A DNA stretch of 64,000 nucleotides, taken from the NCBI GenBank assembly GCA_035656635.1, contig DASRSD010000158.1:32778-96777 (forward strand). The letters are read 5' to 3'. The notes under the pieces are model-generated. The model was not told the DNA's origin and did not search any database. It saw nothing but the letters and a program-made list of their open reading frames with translations. Position numbers and translations under genes: made by a program. Shown here one piece after another: positions 48,078 to 56,498 of this stretch (position 1 is its first letter; every line of letters begins with the position of its first letter). The DNA is from Pirellulales bacterium. GTDB taxonomy: Bacteria; Planctomycetota; Planctomycetia; Pirellulales; JADZDJ01.

Positions 48078-49118
48078 TCAGCGTCGCGCCGTGGCCATTT
48101 CTTTTCGATTGCTCACCGTAGTGGCAGCGGAACTGGACGCTTGCGGCGTGCTGTTTCGAGCGACTTGTCCGCGGAGTGTTTCCGGCGCAAGGAATGCCAA
48201 GCTTGCCACAATCATCATCACGGCAAAGCTCACCGAGCCGCCAATCACCGCCAAAGCGGCCCACATCAATGCGCCCAGTACCAGTAAAATGGGCCGGGCC
48301 AGCGGATTCCAAATTAAAAACACAAAGCACAATTCATAAATCAAAATGGCATGCGTAAAGAAATTCACGATGTATTCAAACGCCAAACCTATTCGGCTTA
48401 ATCCCGTCAAGTCGATCAATCGAGATTCGGGTCGGGCCATCAGCCACCACAGGGCGGTTCCCTGCCACCACGCGGCCCCTTGTAACTGGGCAATGATCAT
48501 GGCGGCGTAAATCAGCGTCAAATGAATTTGCAGCAATCGAATGGCAACGGTTGCGGCGCTCGACCAGTAAATTTCGGATTCGGCCGTTCGGATGGCGCCC
48601 ACTTCTCGCTGACGACGCCGGCGTCGGAGCCAAGCATCGATCGAAAATTTGGCGCCCGAGGGACCCAAGCACAAATAGAACATGACCAGCGCCAAAACTT
48701 CGTCCACCGGCCGCATCATCATCGGCATGCGGTGAATGCACGACAATACATACACCAGCGATGCCACGGTGGCCACTCGGCTGAATAATCCAATCAGCAT
48801 CATAACCAGTGCCGCCAGGCCCAGCCCGTAAATCAACCACAACTGCGAGGGCGAACCGGTCCAATCGAACAGCGAGAATGCGGCTTTCGAGGCGTCGCCT
48901 GATGCTCCTTGCACAAGCTGTGCTAATTCAGCAGACAGTAATCCATTGGGCCCAAACCAGCTTTGCAAGTCGGGCAGCAAACTCAGGTACCACCATAACG
49001 CGACCACTGCCGTCAGCACGCGAATCAGCGACAACACAATTGCGTCGCTGGGCGCGAACCAAAATCGGGTCCAGCCCGCTCCAAATCGGCTGCCAGCGGT
49101 GCGAAGGTAATTTCCCAT
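48078..49118 (-). CDS. HTTM-domain (vitamin-K-dependent-carboxylase-like) integral membrane protein
   Basis: FWFAPSDAIVLSLIRVLTAVVALWWY at the N-terminus and a polytopic profile, as in bacterial HTTM proteins. Confidence 0.7.
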   Translation of the reverse strand: MGNYLRTAGSRFGAGWTRFWFAPSDAIVLSLIRVLTAVVALWWYLSLLPDLQSWFGPNGLLSAELAQLVQGASGDASKAAFSLFDWTGSPSQLWLIYGLGLAALVMMLIGLFSRVATVASLVYVLSCIHRMPMMMRPVDEVLALVMFYLCLGPSGAKFSIDAWLRRRRRQREVGAIRTAESEIYWSSAATVAIRLLQIHLTLIYAAMIIAQLQGAAWWQGTALWWLMARPESRLIDLTGLSRIGLAFEYIVNFFTHAILIYELCFVFLIWNPLARPILLVLGALMWAALAVIGGSVSFAVMMIVASLAFLAPETLRGQVARNSTPQASSSAATTVSNRKEMATARR

Positions 49119-49155
49119 ACAAACAAATCGCTATGATCTGATCAAAGAACGGCTG

Positions 49156-50055
49156 CTAATTCGGTTTTTCGGGGGGCAAGGTCAAATCATTTCCGTCGCC
49201 ATTCAAGGGAAGCGGCAATTTTCGATTGGTGTTGGTGGAGCTGGACCCACTTTTGCCCCCCGGCGGGCCCGGCGGCGTATCCGTAGAAGACGAATCACCA
49301 GCCGGCGGGTTTTGCAGGCGGCTGCGGCCACGCGGGCCGGTCACCGGGGCTACGTCGCGCTTGGCCTCGCCCAAATCGTGGACTTCCCCCTGCCCCAAGC
49401 TGTTCAGCGTTATATCGCCCGCGTAAACATTGGCAAACGTGCGGGCATTGTTTGGGTCATGCAGGCCAGGGTCGTCGGCTCGGGCTTCTTCCATCGACAG
49501 CGGCTGGTGGCGGCGAATTTGCACGCGCACCTCTTTGGCCCCATTCTGCTCTAATAAATTTTCACTAATTTTTGTCAGCAAGGTTTTATCGGGCGCATCC
49601 TCATAAAACTGCATGGCCAATGTCCGCACCAAGGCTTTATATCGCAAGCGCTGTTCGCCGTGAGAATCGGCCGGAGGAAATTGCCGCGCTTCGGTGTGGC
49701 CGTCGGGATAGGTTAACGTCAGGTCCACTGTGTGGTCGTCATCGGTGGAATCGCCATACGATAGCCAGTAATCGTGCGGGGTATCCAGGCACAACGCATA
49801 CATGTATTGGGCCAGAACCGGAGTGGATTTCAGCGCCAGGAACAACTTGGAATCGTTGGGCGAATCGATATCAACCACCGGAGGCGAAAGCAGCGCCGGA
49901 GCGTTCGGATTCCACGTTAGCGCCAGCGCCACGCCAAACAAATGAAACAAAATAAACAGCGTAACCAAAGCCCGAACGGTTTCGTTGGGCATTTTTGCCG
50001 TCGGCGGCGGCAAATTAGGCTGCGTGGCGGCGGGGGAGGACGGAGAGGTGCTCAT
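49156..50055 (-). CDS. hypothetical membrane-anchored protein, upstream partner of the HTTM gene
   Basis: 299 aa with one TM helix (LVTLFILFHLFGVALALTW) and a low-complexity Pro/Gly/Ser tail. It ends 37 nt upstream of the HTTM gene on the same strand. Confidence 0.55.
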   Translation of the reverse strand: MSTSPSSPAATQPNLPPPTAKMPNETVRALVTLFILFHLFGVALALTWNPNAPALLSPPVVDIDSPNDSKLFLALKSTPVLAQYMYALCLDTPHDYWLSYGDSTDDDHTVDLTLTYPDGHTEARQFPPADSHGEQRLRYKALVRTLAMQFYEDAPDKTLLTKISENLLEQNGAKEVRVQIRRHQPLSMEEARADDPGLHDPNNARTFANVYAGDITLNSLGQGEVHDLGEAKRDVAPVTGPRGRSRLQNPPAGDSSSTDTPPGPPGGKSGSSSTNTNRKLPLPLNGDGNDLTLPPEKPN

Positions 50056-50301
50056 CGCATCACTTCAGGAGGGTGTGCGGTGCATTGGCTAGCTTCCACC
50101 ACAATGTTGTGCATCGACTGGCCAAAACCGCAGCCTCGAATCTGCTTTCTCCCCTTTGCGCAAGCCGTACAGCCTGCATCGGGCGTATAGCCAGCGTGCC
50201 AATCATCGCCGGTACATCCCACATGCTACACTTTTCTAGCAAGTTTTTCACCGGCTTGCTAGTTTTGAATTTTCCTGGTAGCGGGCCAGTTTGATTTTTC
50301 A

Positions 50302-50379
50302 GGGTGGCTGGGGTCGAACGAAATGAGCCCCCAGTCGCAGAAATTCCGGGGGCTCGGCGACACTCGACCCCGGCCACCC
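50302..50379. repeat. 78-nt palindromic (REP/MITE-like) element, copy 2 (inverted relative to copy 1)
   Basis: gggtggctggggtcgaacgaaatgagccccc ... gggggctcggcgacactcgaccccggccaccc. It has the same length and termini as 45200-45277. Confidence 0.7.
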
Positions 50380-50432
50380 AAACTGTTTCCATCAAATTGG
50401 CCCACTACCATTTTCCTCGCGCCGAAACGAAC

Positions 50433-51386
50433 ATGCTCAACCTAACTTTCCTTGCGGGTGTGCTCCGATCGAAATTTTTGGCGGCTGGGGCCGTTTGCTT
50501 CACGATTGCCACAGCCAGCGCCCGCGAAATCTATGTGAACAACGCTTCCGGCAGCGACTTGCTGGACGGCGCCGCCACCTCGAACGTAAATCCTGGCCAG
50601 GGGCCCTTTCAAACCATTGCGAAAGCATTGCGCACCGCCGGGCCGGGAGACCACATTATTTTGGCCAATACCGGTCAGCCTTACCGTGAGGCTGTGTCTC
50701 TGGTGGGCAGCCGGCTGAGCGGAACAGCCTATCAACCGTTCACCATCGAAGGCAACGGCGCCACGCTGGACGGCACAACCCCTGTGCCGCAAAACGCTTG
50801 GGAATGGTTTAGTAACGACGTCTTCCGCTTCCAGCCGGAAGGAAAGCAGTTCCAACAGTTATTCCTCGATGGCCAGCCGGTGGCGCGCCGGCCGGCCGCC
50901 GGAAATGGCACGAATGAAAAAGTTCCAGCGCTGGAGCCCAAGCAATGGGCGCTGGTCGAGGGCTGGGTTTATTTTCGAGTAGAGCCCGTCACGCTCCCGC
51001 AAAGCTATGCGATTTCTTACGCGGCGCTGCCCGCCGGATTAACGCTTTACAAGGTCGGCAATGTGGTCATCAGCAATTTAACCATCCAGGGCTTCCAACT
51101 CGATGGCGTTTATCTGCACGATGTCACCGGTCCGTGCGATTTAGTCGGGCTGAACTGCCGCTGGAACGGTCGCAGCGGAGTGAATGTACTGGGCGTTTCA
51201 CAAACGCAGCTCGTTTCCTGCACGCTGGACGGCAATGGGGTGCATCAGCTCCAGCTCGATAACTACAGCGACTGCGATCTGCGCAACTGCCAAATACAGG
51301 GAGATGCGGCTGCCCAGTGGCAAATCGGGAAATTCTCCAAGCTATTTGTCAATGGCCAGCCGCTCCAATCGGCCCCGTCGAAATAG
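50433..51386 (+). CDS. secreted right-handed parallel beta-helix repeat protein
   Basis: Signal peptide, then IYVNNASGSD..., NVVISNLTIQGFQLDGVYLHD and SGVNVLGVSQTQLVSCTLDGNG repeats. Start trimmed to the ATG at 50433. Confidence 0.65.
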   Translation: MLNLTFLAGVLRSKFLAAGAVCFTIATASAREIYVNNASGSDLLDGAATSNVNPGQGPFQTIAKALRTAGPGDHIILANTGQPYREAVSLVGSRLSGTAYQPFTIEGNGATLDGTTPVPQNAWEWFSNDVFRFQPEGKQFQQLFLDGQPVARRPAAGNGTNEKVPALEPKQWALVEGWVYFRVEPVTLPQSYAISYAALPAGLTLYKVGNVVISNLTIQGFQLDGVYLHDVTGPCDLVGLNCRWNGRSGVNVLGVSQTQLVSCTLDGNGVHQLQLDNYSDCDLRNCQIQGDAAAQWQIGKFSKLFVNGQPLQSAPSK

Positions 51387-51420
51387 CTGGCCGGTTGATT
51401 TCGGTGAATTTCGTGCGACT

Positions 51421-52470
51421 TTATCTCGCCGGATCTCCTGTGACCTTCCCGCCGCTGCTTTCCGCTGCCATTTCTGCTTCCACTTTGTGCATCATCGCCG
51501 AGACTTCGCGCCGGTTCACGAAGTAAATGACCGCCCCCACCATGGCAATGGCAATGGTGACCAAGCGGTAACCTAGCGATACCAAAAAGCCAGCGCCAAC
51601 AATCGCCGCAGTTCCCATCAGTTGGAGATACATCAATTCCACCAGCGCCTCGAACGTCCCCAGGCCATTGGGCGCCAGCGGCAGCACGCCGGTGATCATC
51701 GCCATGGGCACCACCACCATGTGCTCGCCCAAAGAAGGCGCGTTGCTCAGCAATCCGCGCGCAATCAACCAAAATCCAATTGCATACAGCGCCTGGGCAA
51801 TAATCGTCAGCACCACGGCAACCGGCAACACGGCCCAATGCCGGTAATACATTCGAGAGGCGCGATTGATCCGCTCGATGAATCGGCCCACCCGGGGCAA
51901 ATCGTGCAACCGCCGAGAAATGGGTCCTTGCGAGAAACCAGGCATTGCCGAAACCACAACCAACACGGTGCTGATGCCCGTGCACCAAAACATCACTCGG
52001 CACGCCAGCCGCACGTCTTCCGATTCGAAGTGCCACATGCCGGTGAATAAAATCGCCCCGGTGGCCAGCAGAAACAAACCGTACAGGCCGGTCATTCGAT
52101 CGACCAGCACCGTGAGCGCCGCTTCGGTTCGCCGGCCGGGTTGCTCACGGGCCAAAAAACCGGCCTTCACGAAATCGCCGCCGACCCCGCCGGGCAGCAC
52201 AAAATTCCACAAGTAACCCAAAAATCCCAAGCGAACGGTATCGCGCAGCCGCAGCGGCAAGTCTACCGCACGCACCAGAAAGTGCCAGCGCAAAATGGTC
52301 ACCAGCGTGGCCGAAAAAGTGATTGCCGCGGCCAGCGCCAGCAAATCCCAATGCTTGGGCTCAGCTAATAGTCGAGACAAACTTTGATCCCGCACGACGC
52401 CGCTGACTAGCCACGCGATAATCGCCGCGGGAATCAGCCATCGGCATAAATTCCAAAGCAGTTTTTTCAA
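51421..52470 (-). CDS. flippase-like / lysyl-phosphatidylglycerol-synthase TM-region family membrane protein (UPF0104)
   Basis: 349 aa, polytopic, with FLGYLWNFVLPGGVGGDFVKAGFLA, characteristic of this family. Confidence 0.7.
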   Translation of the reverse strand: MKKLLWNLCRWLIPAAIIAWLVSGVVRDQSLSRLLAEPKHWDLLALAAAITFSATLVTILRWHFLVRAVDLPLRLRDTVRLGFLGYLWNFVLPGGVGGDFVKAGFLAREQPGRRTEAALTVLVDRMTGLYGLFLLATGAILFTGMWHFESEDVRLACRVMFWCTGISTVLVVVSAMPGFSQGPISRRLHDLPRVGRFIERINRASRMYYRHWAVLPVAVVLTIIAQALYAIGFWLIARGLLSNAPSLGEHMVVVPMAMITGVLPLAPNGLGTFEALVELMYLQLMGTAAIVGAGFLVSLGYRLVTIAIAMVGAVIYFVNRREVSAMMHKVEAEMAAESSGGKVTGDPAR

Positions 52471-52602
52471 ACGATTTACACCTTTACTGGAACACGGAAG
52501 CCGCTGCCGCGATTGACAATCCGCCGCCCAGTCAGTTACTGTTTGTAGTTTGCCACACAGACGAGCCGATTTTAATTTCTACTAGATTCCTGCGAAACAC
52601 CA

Positions 52603-52682
<80 letters not shown>

Positions 52683-52830
52683 TCCACTGCCTGAAATCCA
52701 CGGCTTTGGAAATCGGCCGCTGGGAACCTGGGAACCGTAGAAAGGGCTATCTTGCATCGGCCAGCCAGCCTGTTTGCGTGAGCTAAACTTGCAAGGCTGA
52801 TTTTCCCTTGCCACCCGGTTTCGCTTGCTC

Positions 52831-53934
52831 ATGCACACCAATAGTCCCGTCAGTGGTTTTGCGCGTCTTTCTCCCTTCGCAGCGCGCAGCGTATTGGCCA
52901 TGACCGCGGCGGTTGCCGTTTCATTTGTAGCGATCAGTCTATCGCCCCTGGCCGGCGGTTTTGTCAGCCAGCATCCCACGGGGCCCGGCGACGTGCCGTT
53001 GTACCTGGCGGAAATTCAACGCATATCACACGGCGAAGGTTACTACGAAGCCGCCAGTCACGAGCTGCACGCCCGCGGTTATCCTACGCTCAGTCCGTTC
53101 AACTGGCGTACGCCGCTGCCGATCTGGCTCTTGGGAAAACTCCCCAACGAAGCTGCAGGCCGATTGCTGATCGGCGCGTTGGCGTTGATGTTGTTAGGTT
53201 TGGCACTGGCCGTGATTGCCCGCGACGGAGGAATACTGCGCGCCCTGGGTTGCGGATTGATTATTTCCGGCGCGTTGCTTCCCGGCTGGCTGGAGCAAAT
53301 TTATGTGATGCCGGTGGTGTGGGCCGGCATTTTGATTGGGCTTTCGCTGTGCGCCTATGGATTGAACCGTCCCGGCTGGGGCATCGCATTGGGACTGTTG
53401 GCCATTGTGCTGCGTGAACTGGCGGCGCCTTATGCTGCGGTTTGTTTGGCGCTGGCGGTGTGGGACAAACGGTGGCGCGAAGTGTTGGCCTGGGGTCTCG
53501 GCCTGGCGGCGTTCCTGGCGTTTTACGCTTGGCATGCGCAGCATGTTATGTCGCTGGTTCAGCCGGGCGATCACGGCCACGCAACAAGCTGGCTGCAATT
53601 TGGCGGCGCGCCATTTGTGATTGCCACCGCGCAAATGAACGCTTACCTGCTGCTTTTACCTCAGTGGGTAAGCGCCGTTTTTTTGCCGCTGGCAATGTTG
53701 GGCTTTGCCGGTTGGAACACGCCCACGGGCCGCCGCGCCGGATTGGCCGCTTGTGCGTTTGTCATTTTCTTTGCGTGCATTGGGCAACCGTTCAATCAAT
53801 ATTGGGGATCGCTCATCGCGCCGCTGTTGGCCTTAGGCGCCGCTCAAGCTCCGACAGCAATTTCTGACCTCGTCCGCCGCAGCCGCGGCCTGGCTTGCTA
53901 CCCGCCCGCGACGTTTGCCAGTGTGAACATTTGA
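52831..53934 (+). CDS. polytopic membrane protein (GT-C/DUF2029-like, tentative)
   Basis: About 10 predicted TM helices and a periplasmic-loop-like N-terminal segment. The family call is weak. Uses the ATG at 52831. Confidence 0.5.
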   Translation: MHTNSPVSGFARLSPFAARSVLAMTAAVAVSFVAISLSPLAGGFVSQHPTGPGDVPLYLAEIQRISHGEGYYEAASHELHARGYPTLSPFNWRTPLPIWLLGKLPNEAAGRLLIGALALMLLGLALAVIARDGGILRALGCGLIISGALLPGWLEQIYVMPVVWAGILIGLSLCAYGLNRPGWGIALGLLAIVLRELAAPYAAVCLALAVWDKRWREVLAWGLGLAAFLAFYAWHAQHVMSLVQPGDHGHATSWLQFGGAPFVIATAQMNAYLLLLPQWVSAVFLPLAMLGFAGWNTPTGRRAGLAACAFVIFFACIGQPFNQYWGSLIAPLLALGAAQAPTAISDLVRRSRGLACYPPATFASVNI

Positions 53935-54015
53935 CCTCTGGCGGCTCTCTGTTCGATTGCGGCCAGTGCCTTTCTCATTGGTCGCCAACTTGCTACAGTA
54001 AGGCTCTTGTGCGGC

Positions 54016-54084
<69 letters not shown>

Positions 54085-54089
<5 letters not shown>

Positions 54090-54200
54090 CTGATGTTTGC
54101 GCTATCCACTAGGGGGAGGTGATCATAGCGCGCTGCTCTGGGTGGGAACGTGCAAGCGATGGGCAGGAAAAACACTGCTGAAGACAGCAGCGGCGCTCGC
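54085..54200 (+). repeat. tRNA-Lys 3'-flank repeat, copy 1 (long form)
   Basis: It starts inside the last 5 nt of the tRNA (tctcactgatgtttgcgcta...) and contains the hairpin cactgctg-aaga-cagcagcg at 54173-54192. It aligns along about 110-120 nt with 63201-63320. Confidence 0.75.
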
Positions 54201-54277
54201 GCGCGGGAAGAGCTGGACGCAACAGATCAAGAGCGGGAATTGCGCCGCTATGTGACGCGAAAGCAATGGCAACGCAA

Positions 54278-54556
54278 TCAAGCGTGCTGCGCAAGTTGAT
54301 TTCTTTTCGCCTTCAGCGCCGCCCAGTGTTCCTCCGTGGCGGGCACAATGTAACTTAGTTTGCGTTGCGCCAGCGATTTACCACCCAGCGAGGCATACAT
54401 TCGTCCGTCAAAGAGTTGAACGTAGACGGGTCCAACGAATAGAACGCTCGCGATTTCTAACACTTCCGCCGCGGGTGAATTCTCATTGGGCATAATCGCG
54501 ACGTGGCTGTTACGCTCAAGCATCGTCACGGGTTCTTTCGCATTGCGTTCTGTCAT
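54278..54556 (-). CDS. hypothetical small protein (92 aa)
   Basis: Its start overlaps the upstream ORF's stop in ATGA (translational coupling). GC looks lower than the surroundings. No family recognised. Confidence 0.4.
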   Translation of the reverse strand: MTERNAKEPVTMLERNSHVAIMPNENSPAAEVLEIASVLFVGPVYVQLFDGRMYASLGGKSLAQRKLSYIVPATEEHWAALKAKRNQLAQHA

Positions 54557-54798
54557 AAGCCACCTATTGCTGATAATTGCCCATTGTGATATTGCCCGTG
54601 GTGCTCCTCAATTTTTTCTTCGCACTTACCGATGGCAGTATCCCGATCAAGAAGCGGCTCGGTGGGGCTGCCTTGATTCGCGCATTGCTTGCATTCCCAA
54701 AAGGCAAAGAAACCACCTAAGCGGCGGTAAACGCTGATGGAATAGTCGATGCCATCCCGCGAAAGTGCACGGGAAATCACAAAAGTAACGTCTGACAT
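54553..54798 (-). CDS. hypothetical small protein (81 aa)
   Basis: First gene of the coupled pair. It contains one CKQC pair and an acidic/His C-terminal part (KCEEKIEEHHGQYH). No family recognised. Confidence 0.4.
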   Translation of the reverse strand: MSDVTFVISRALSRDGIDYSISVYRRLGGFFAFWECKQCANQGSPTEPLLDRDTAIGKCEEKIEEHHGQYHNGQLSAIGGL

Positions 54799-55042
54799 CG
54801 TGTCACTCTAAACCAAGAAAATTGCCCAAAAATGTCCCAACTGCCGCTGTCTTTCCGTTGCTGCTAAGCGGATAATTACATGTTACCGAACTTTCGGATG
54901 CGTTCTGTGCGGTACCGTACAGACGCATTCACTCTTTTGCCTTCTCATAGGAACCATCACCCTCGACGTCAGGCGGCGCGGTAGGCCGTCCATTTCATCG
55001 GTGGTTCTTTCTAGCCAAGGTCCGAAGGACTCAGGCCTACCG

Positions 55043-55756
55043 ATGAATCATGAACCCGCGGAGCGGGGGCGTAACCGGCTTTTAAGTCGGTTGCAACCGC
55101 AAGATTACGCGCGGCTCTTACCGCAATTACGAAGCGTTATTTACGAATCGGGGCAGCTACTTTACGAAGCCCATGCACCGGTCGATTTTGTTTACTTTCC
55201 CAACGATTGCGTGTTGTCAGCCGTTGCGGTCTTAAACGATGGTACGGGAATCGAAGTTGGAACCATCGGCAACGAAGGGGCTGCCGGGCTCACCGCCTTT
55301 ATAGGCCCTTCCGTTTCGCCAACACGAATGTTAGTCCAGATTCCAGGCGGCGGAATGCGAATGGCTGCAGAATTCCTGGAACAGGAGGCGCGAGCCAATC
55401 GAACGCTGCACGATTTGTTACTGCGCCATCATCACGCCTTCCTGGCGCAAATGACGCAATCGGTGGCCTGCAACGGCGTACATCCGCTGCTTAAACGTTG
55501 CTGCCGCTGGTTGTTAATGACCCACGACCGGGTAGGAAAAGACGAATTACCGCTGACCCATGAATTTCTGGCATTCATGCTCGCCGTCCGGCGGCCTGGC
55601 GTGACAGAGACCTTGAATAAGCTGGAAGATCAAGGACTTATCACGAACAGCCGCGGCATGATCCAAATCGTGGACCGTACCGGACTGGAAGCGGCTTCGT
55701 GCGAGTGTTATCGAGTTGTCCAGGAGGAATACGAGCGGCTGTTAGGCTCGGCATAA
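55043..55756 (+). CDS. Crp/Fnr-family transcriptional regulator
   Basis: cNMP-binding-like beta-roll (VYFPNDCVLSAVAVLNDGTGIEVGTIGNEGAAG) plus a C-terminal HTH (THEFLAFMLAVRRPGVTETLNKLEDQGLI). Confidence 0.8.
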   Translation: MNHEPAERGRNRLLSRLQPQDYARLLPQLRSVIYESGQLLYEAHAPVDFVYFPNDCVLSAVAVLNDGTGIEVGTIGNEGAAGLTAFIGPSVSPTRMLVQIPGGGMRMAAEFLEQEARANRTLHDLLLRHHHAFLAQMTQSVACNGVHPLLKRCCRWLLMTHDRVGKDELPLTHEFLAFMLAVRRPGVTETLNKLEDQGLITNSRGMIQIVDRTGLEAASCECYRVVQEEYERLLGSA

Positions 55757-55909
55757 ATTCTGACGTGGCGACTCTGTACGATACCGTACAGTTCGTATAT
55801 AATCAGGGCGTTCCTCCTTTCTCGGATGGCCACGCCCTTGGGGATCGTGCCCACATTCGGGTGCCCTCTTTAACCGTCTTGCCCATCCGCCTTCATAAAG
55901 GGCTGGGAT

Positions 55910-56104
55910 ATGGGCGAGGTAAATACCGACCTTCGCTGCCCGAAGTGCAATTCCGACCATATTGCTTGGCATGGGATTGAAAACGATAGTCGCCAGTCCA
56001 CTCCCGCTGGAAATTTTAGCGAGCCTGCCCGAAACCCAGCGGCAGTCATTCACAAATGGGAATGCTTCAAATGCGGAAACAATTTCCGCGAACGTCTGGA
56101 ATAA
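55910..56104 (+). CDS. small zinc-ribbon protein (64 aa), hypothetical
   Basis: CPKC...N38...CFKC arrangement. The ribosome-binding site is weak. It competes with an overlapping ORF in another frame. Confidence 0.35.
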   Translation: MGEVNTDLRCPKCNSDHIAWHGIENDSRQSTPAGNFSEPARNPAAVIHKWECFKCGNNFRERLE

Positions 56105-56498
56105 GAATTGCGCCTGTCGTCTGTCGTGGATCGAGGCGCTTTCCGATTGGCAGGAGATACCGTTGCTTCGCCTAGATAATTATGTCCATTCGAAAAATGA
56201 TACTGGCTTTTGTGGTCGGCATACTCGCCTCCATCGTGGTGATGGCCCTCTAGAATCGCAGTGAACGCGCAGCATTCTTTGCGCGGCCGTTAAGCTTTAT
56301 CTAGCCGTGCAGCCAAGTGGTGGTCTCTGCTAGCACCACGCGTTTTGTTCGCTCAAGTCAGCCATGTTGCCGCATCGAAATTGATAAGGGGTAACACGTT
56401 TGTTGACTGTGGCGAACGTTCCTCGGGCGCCTGCTTTTCCAACTGCGCAGCCGAGCCAAAATTTTCACGCCAACGGGCCTTCCGCTTTTCTGCAAACT

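Noticed and set aside
51263-52036. 257-aa minus-strand ORF overlapping the flippase-like gene
   Set aside because: It is an alternative frame of the same strand and has Gly/Arg/Ala-rich composition. The 51421..52470 frame gives a coherent polytopic membrane protein with a family motif.
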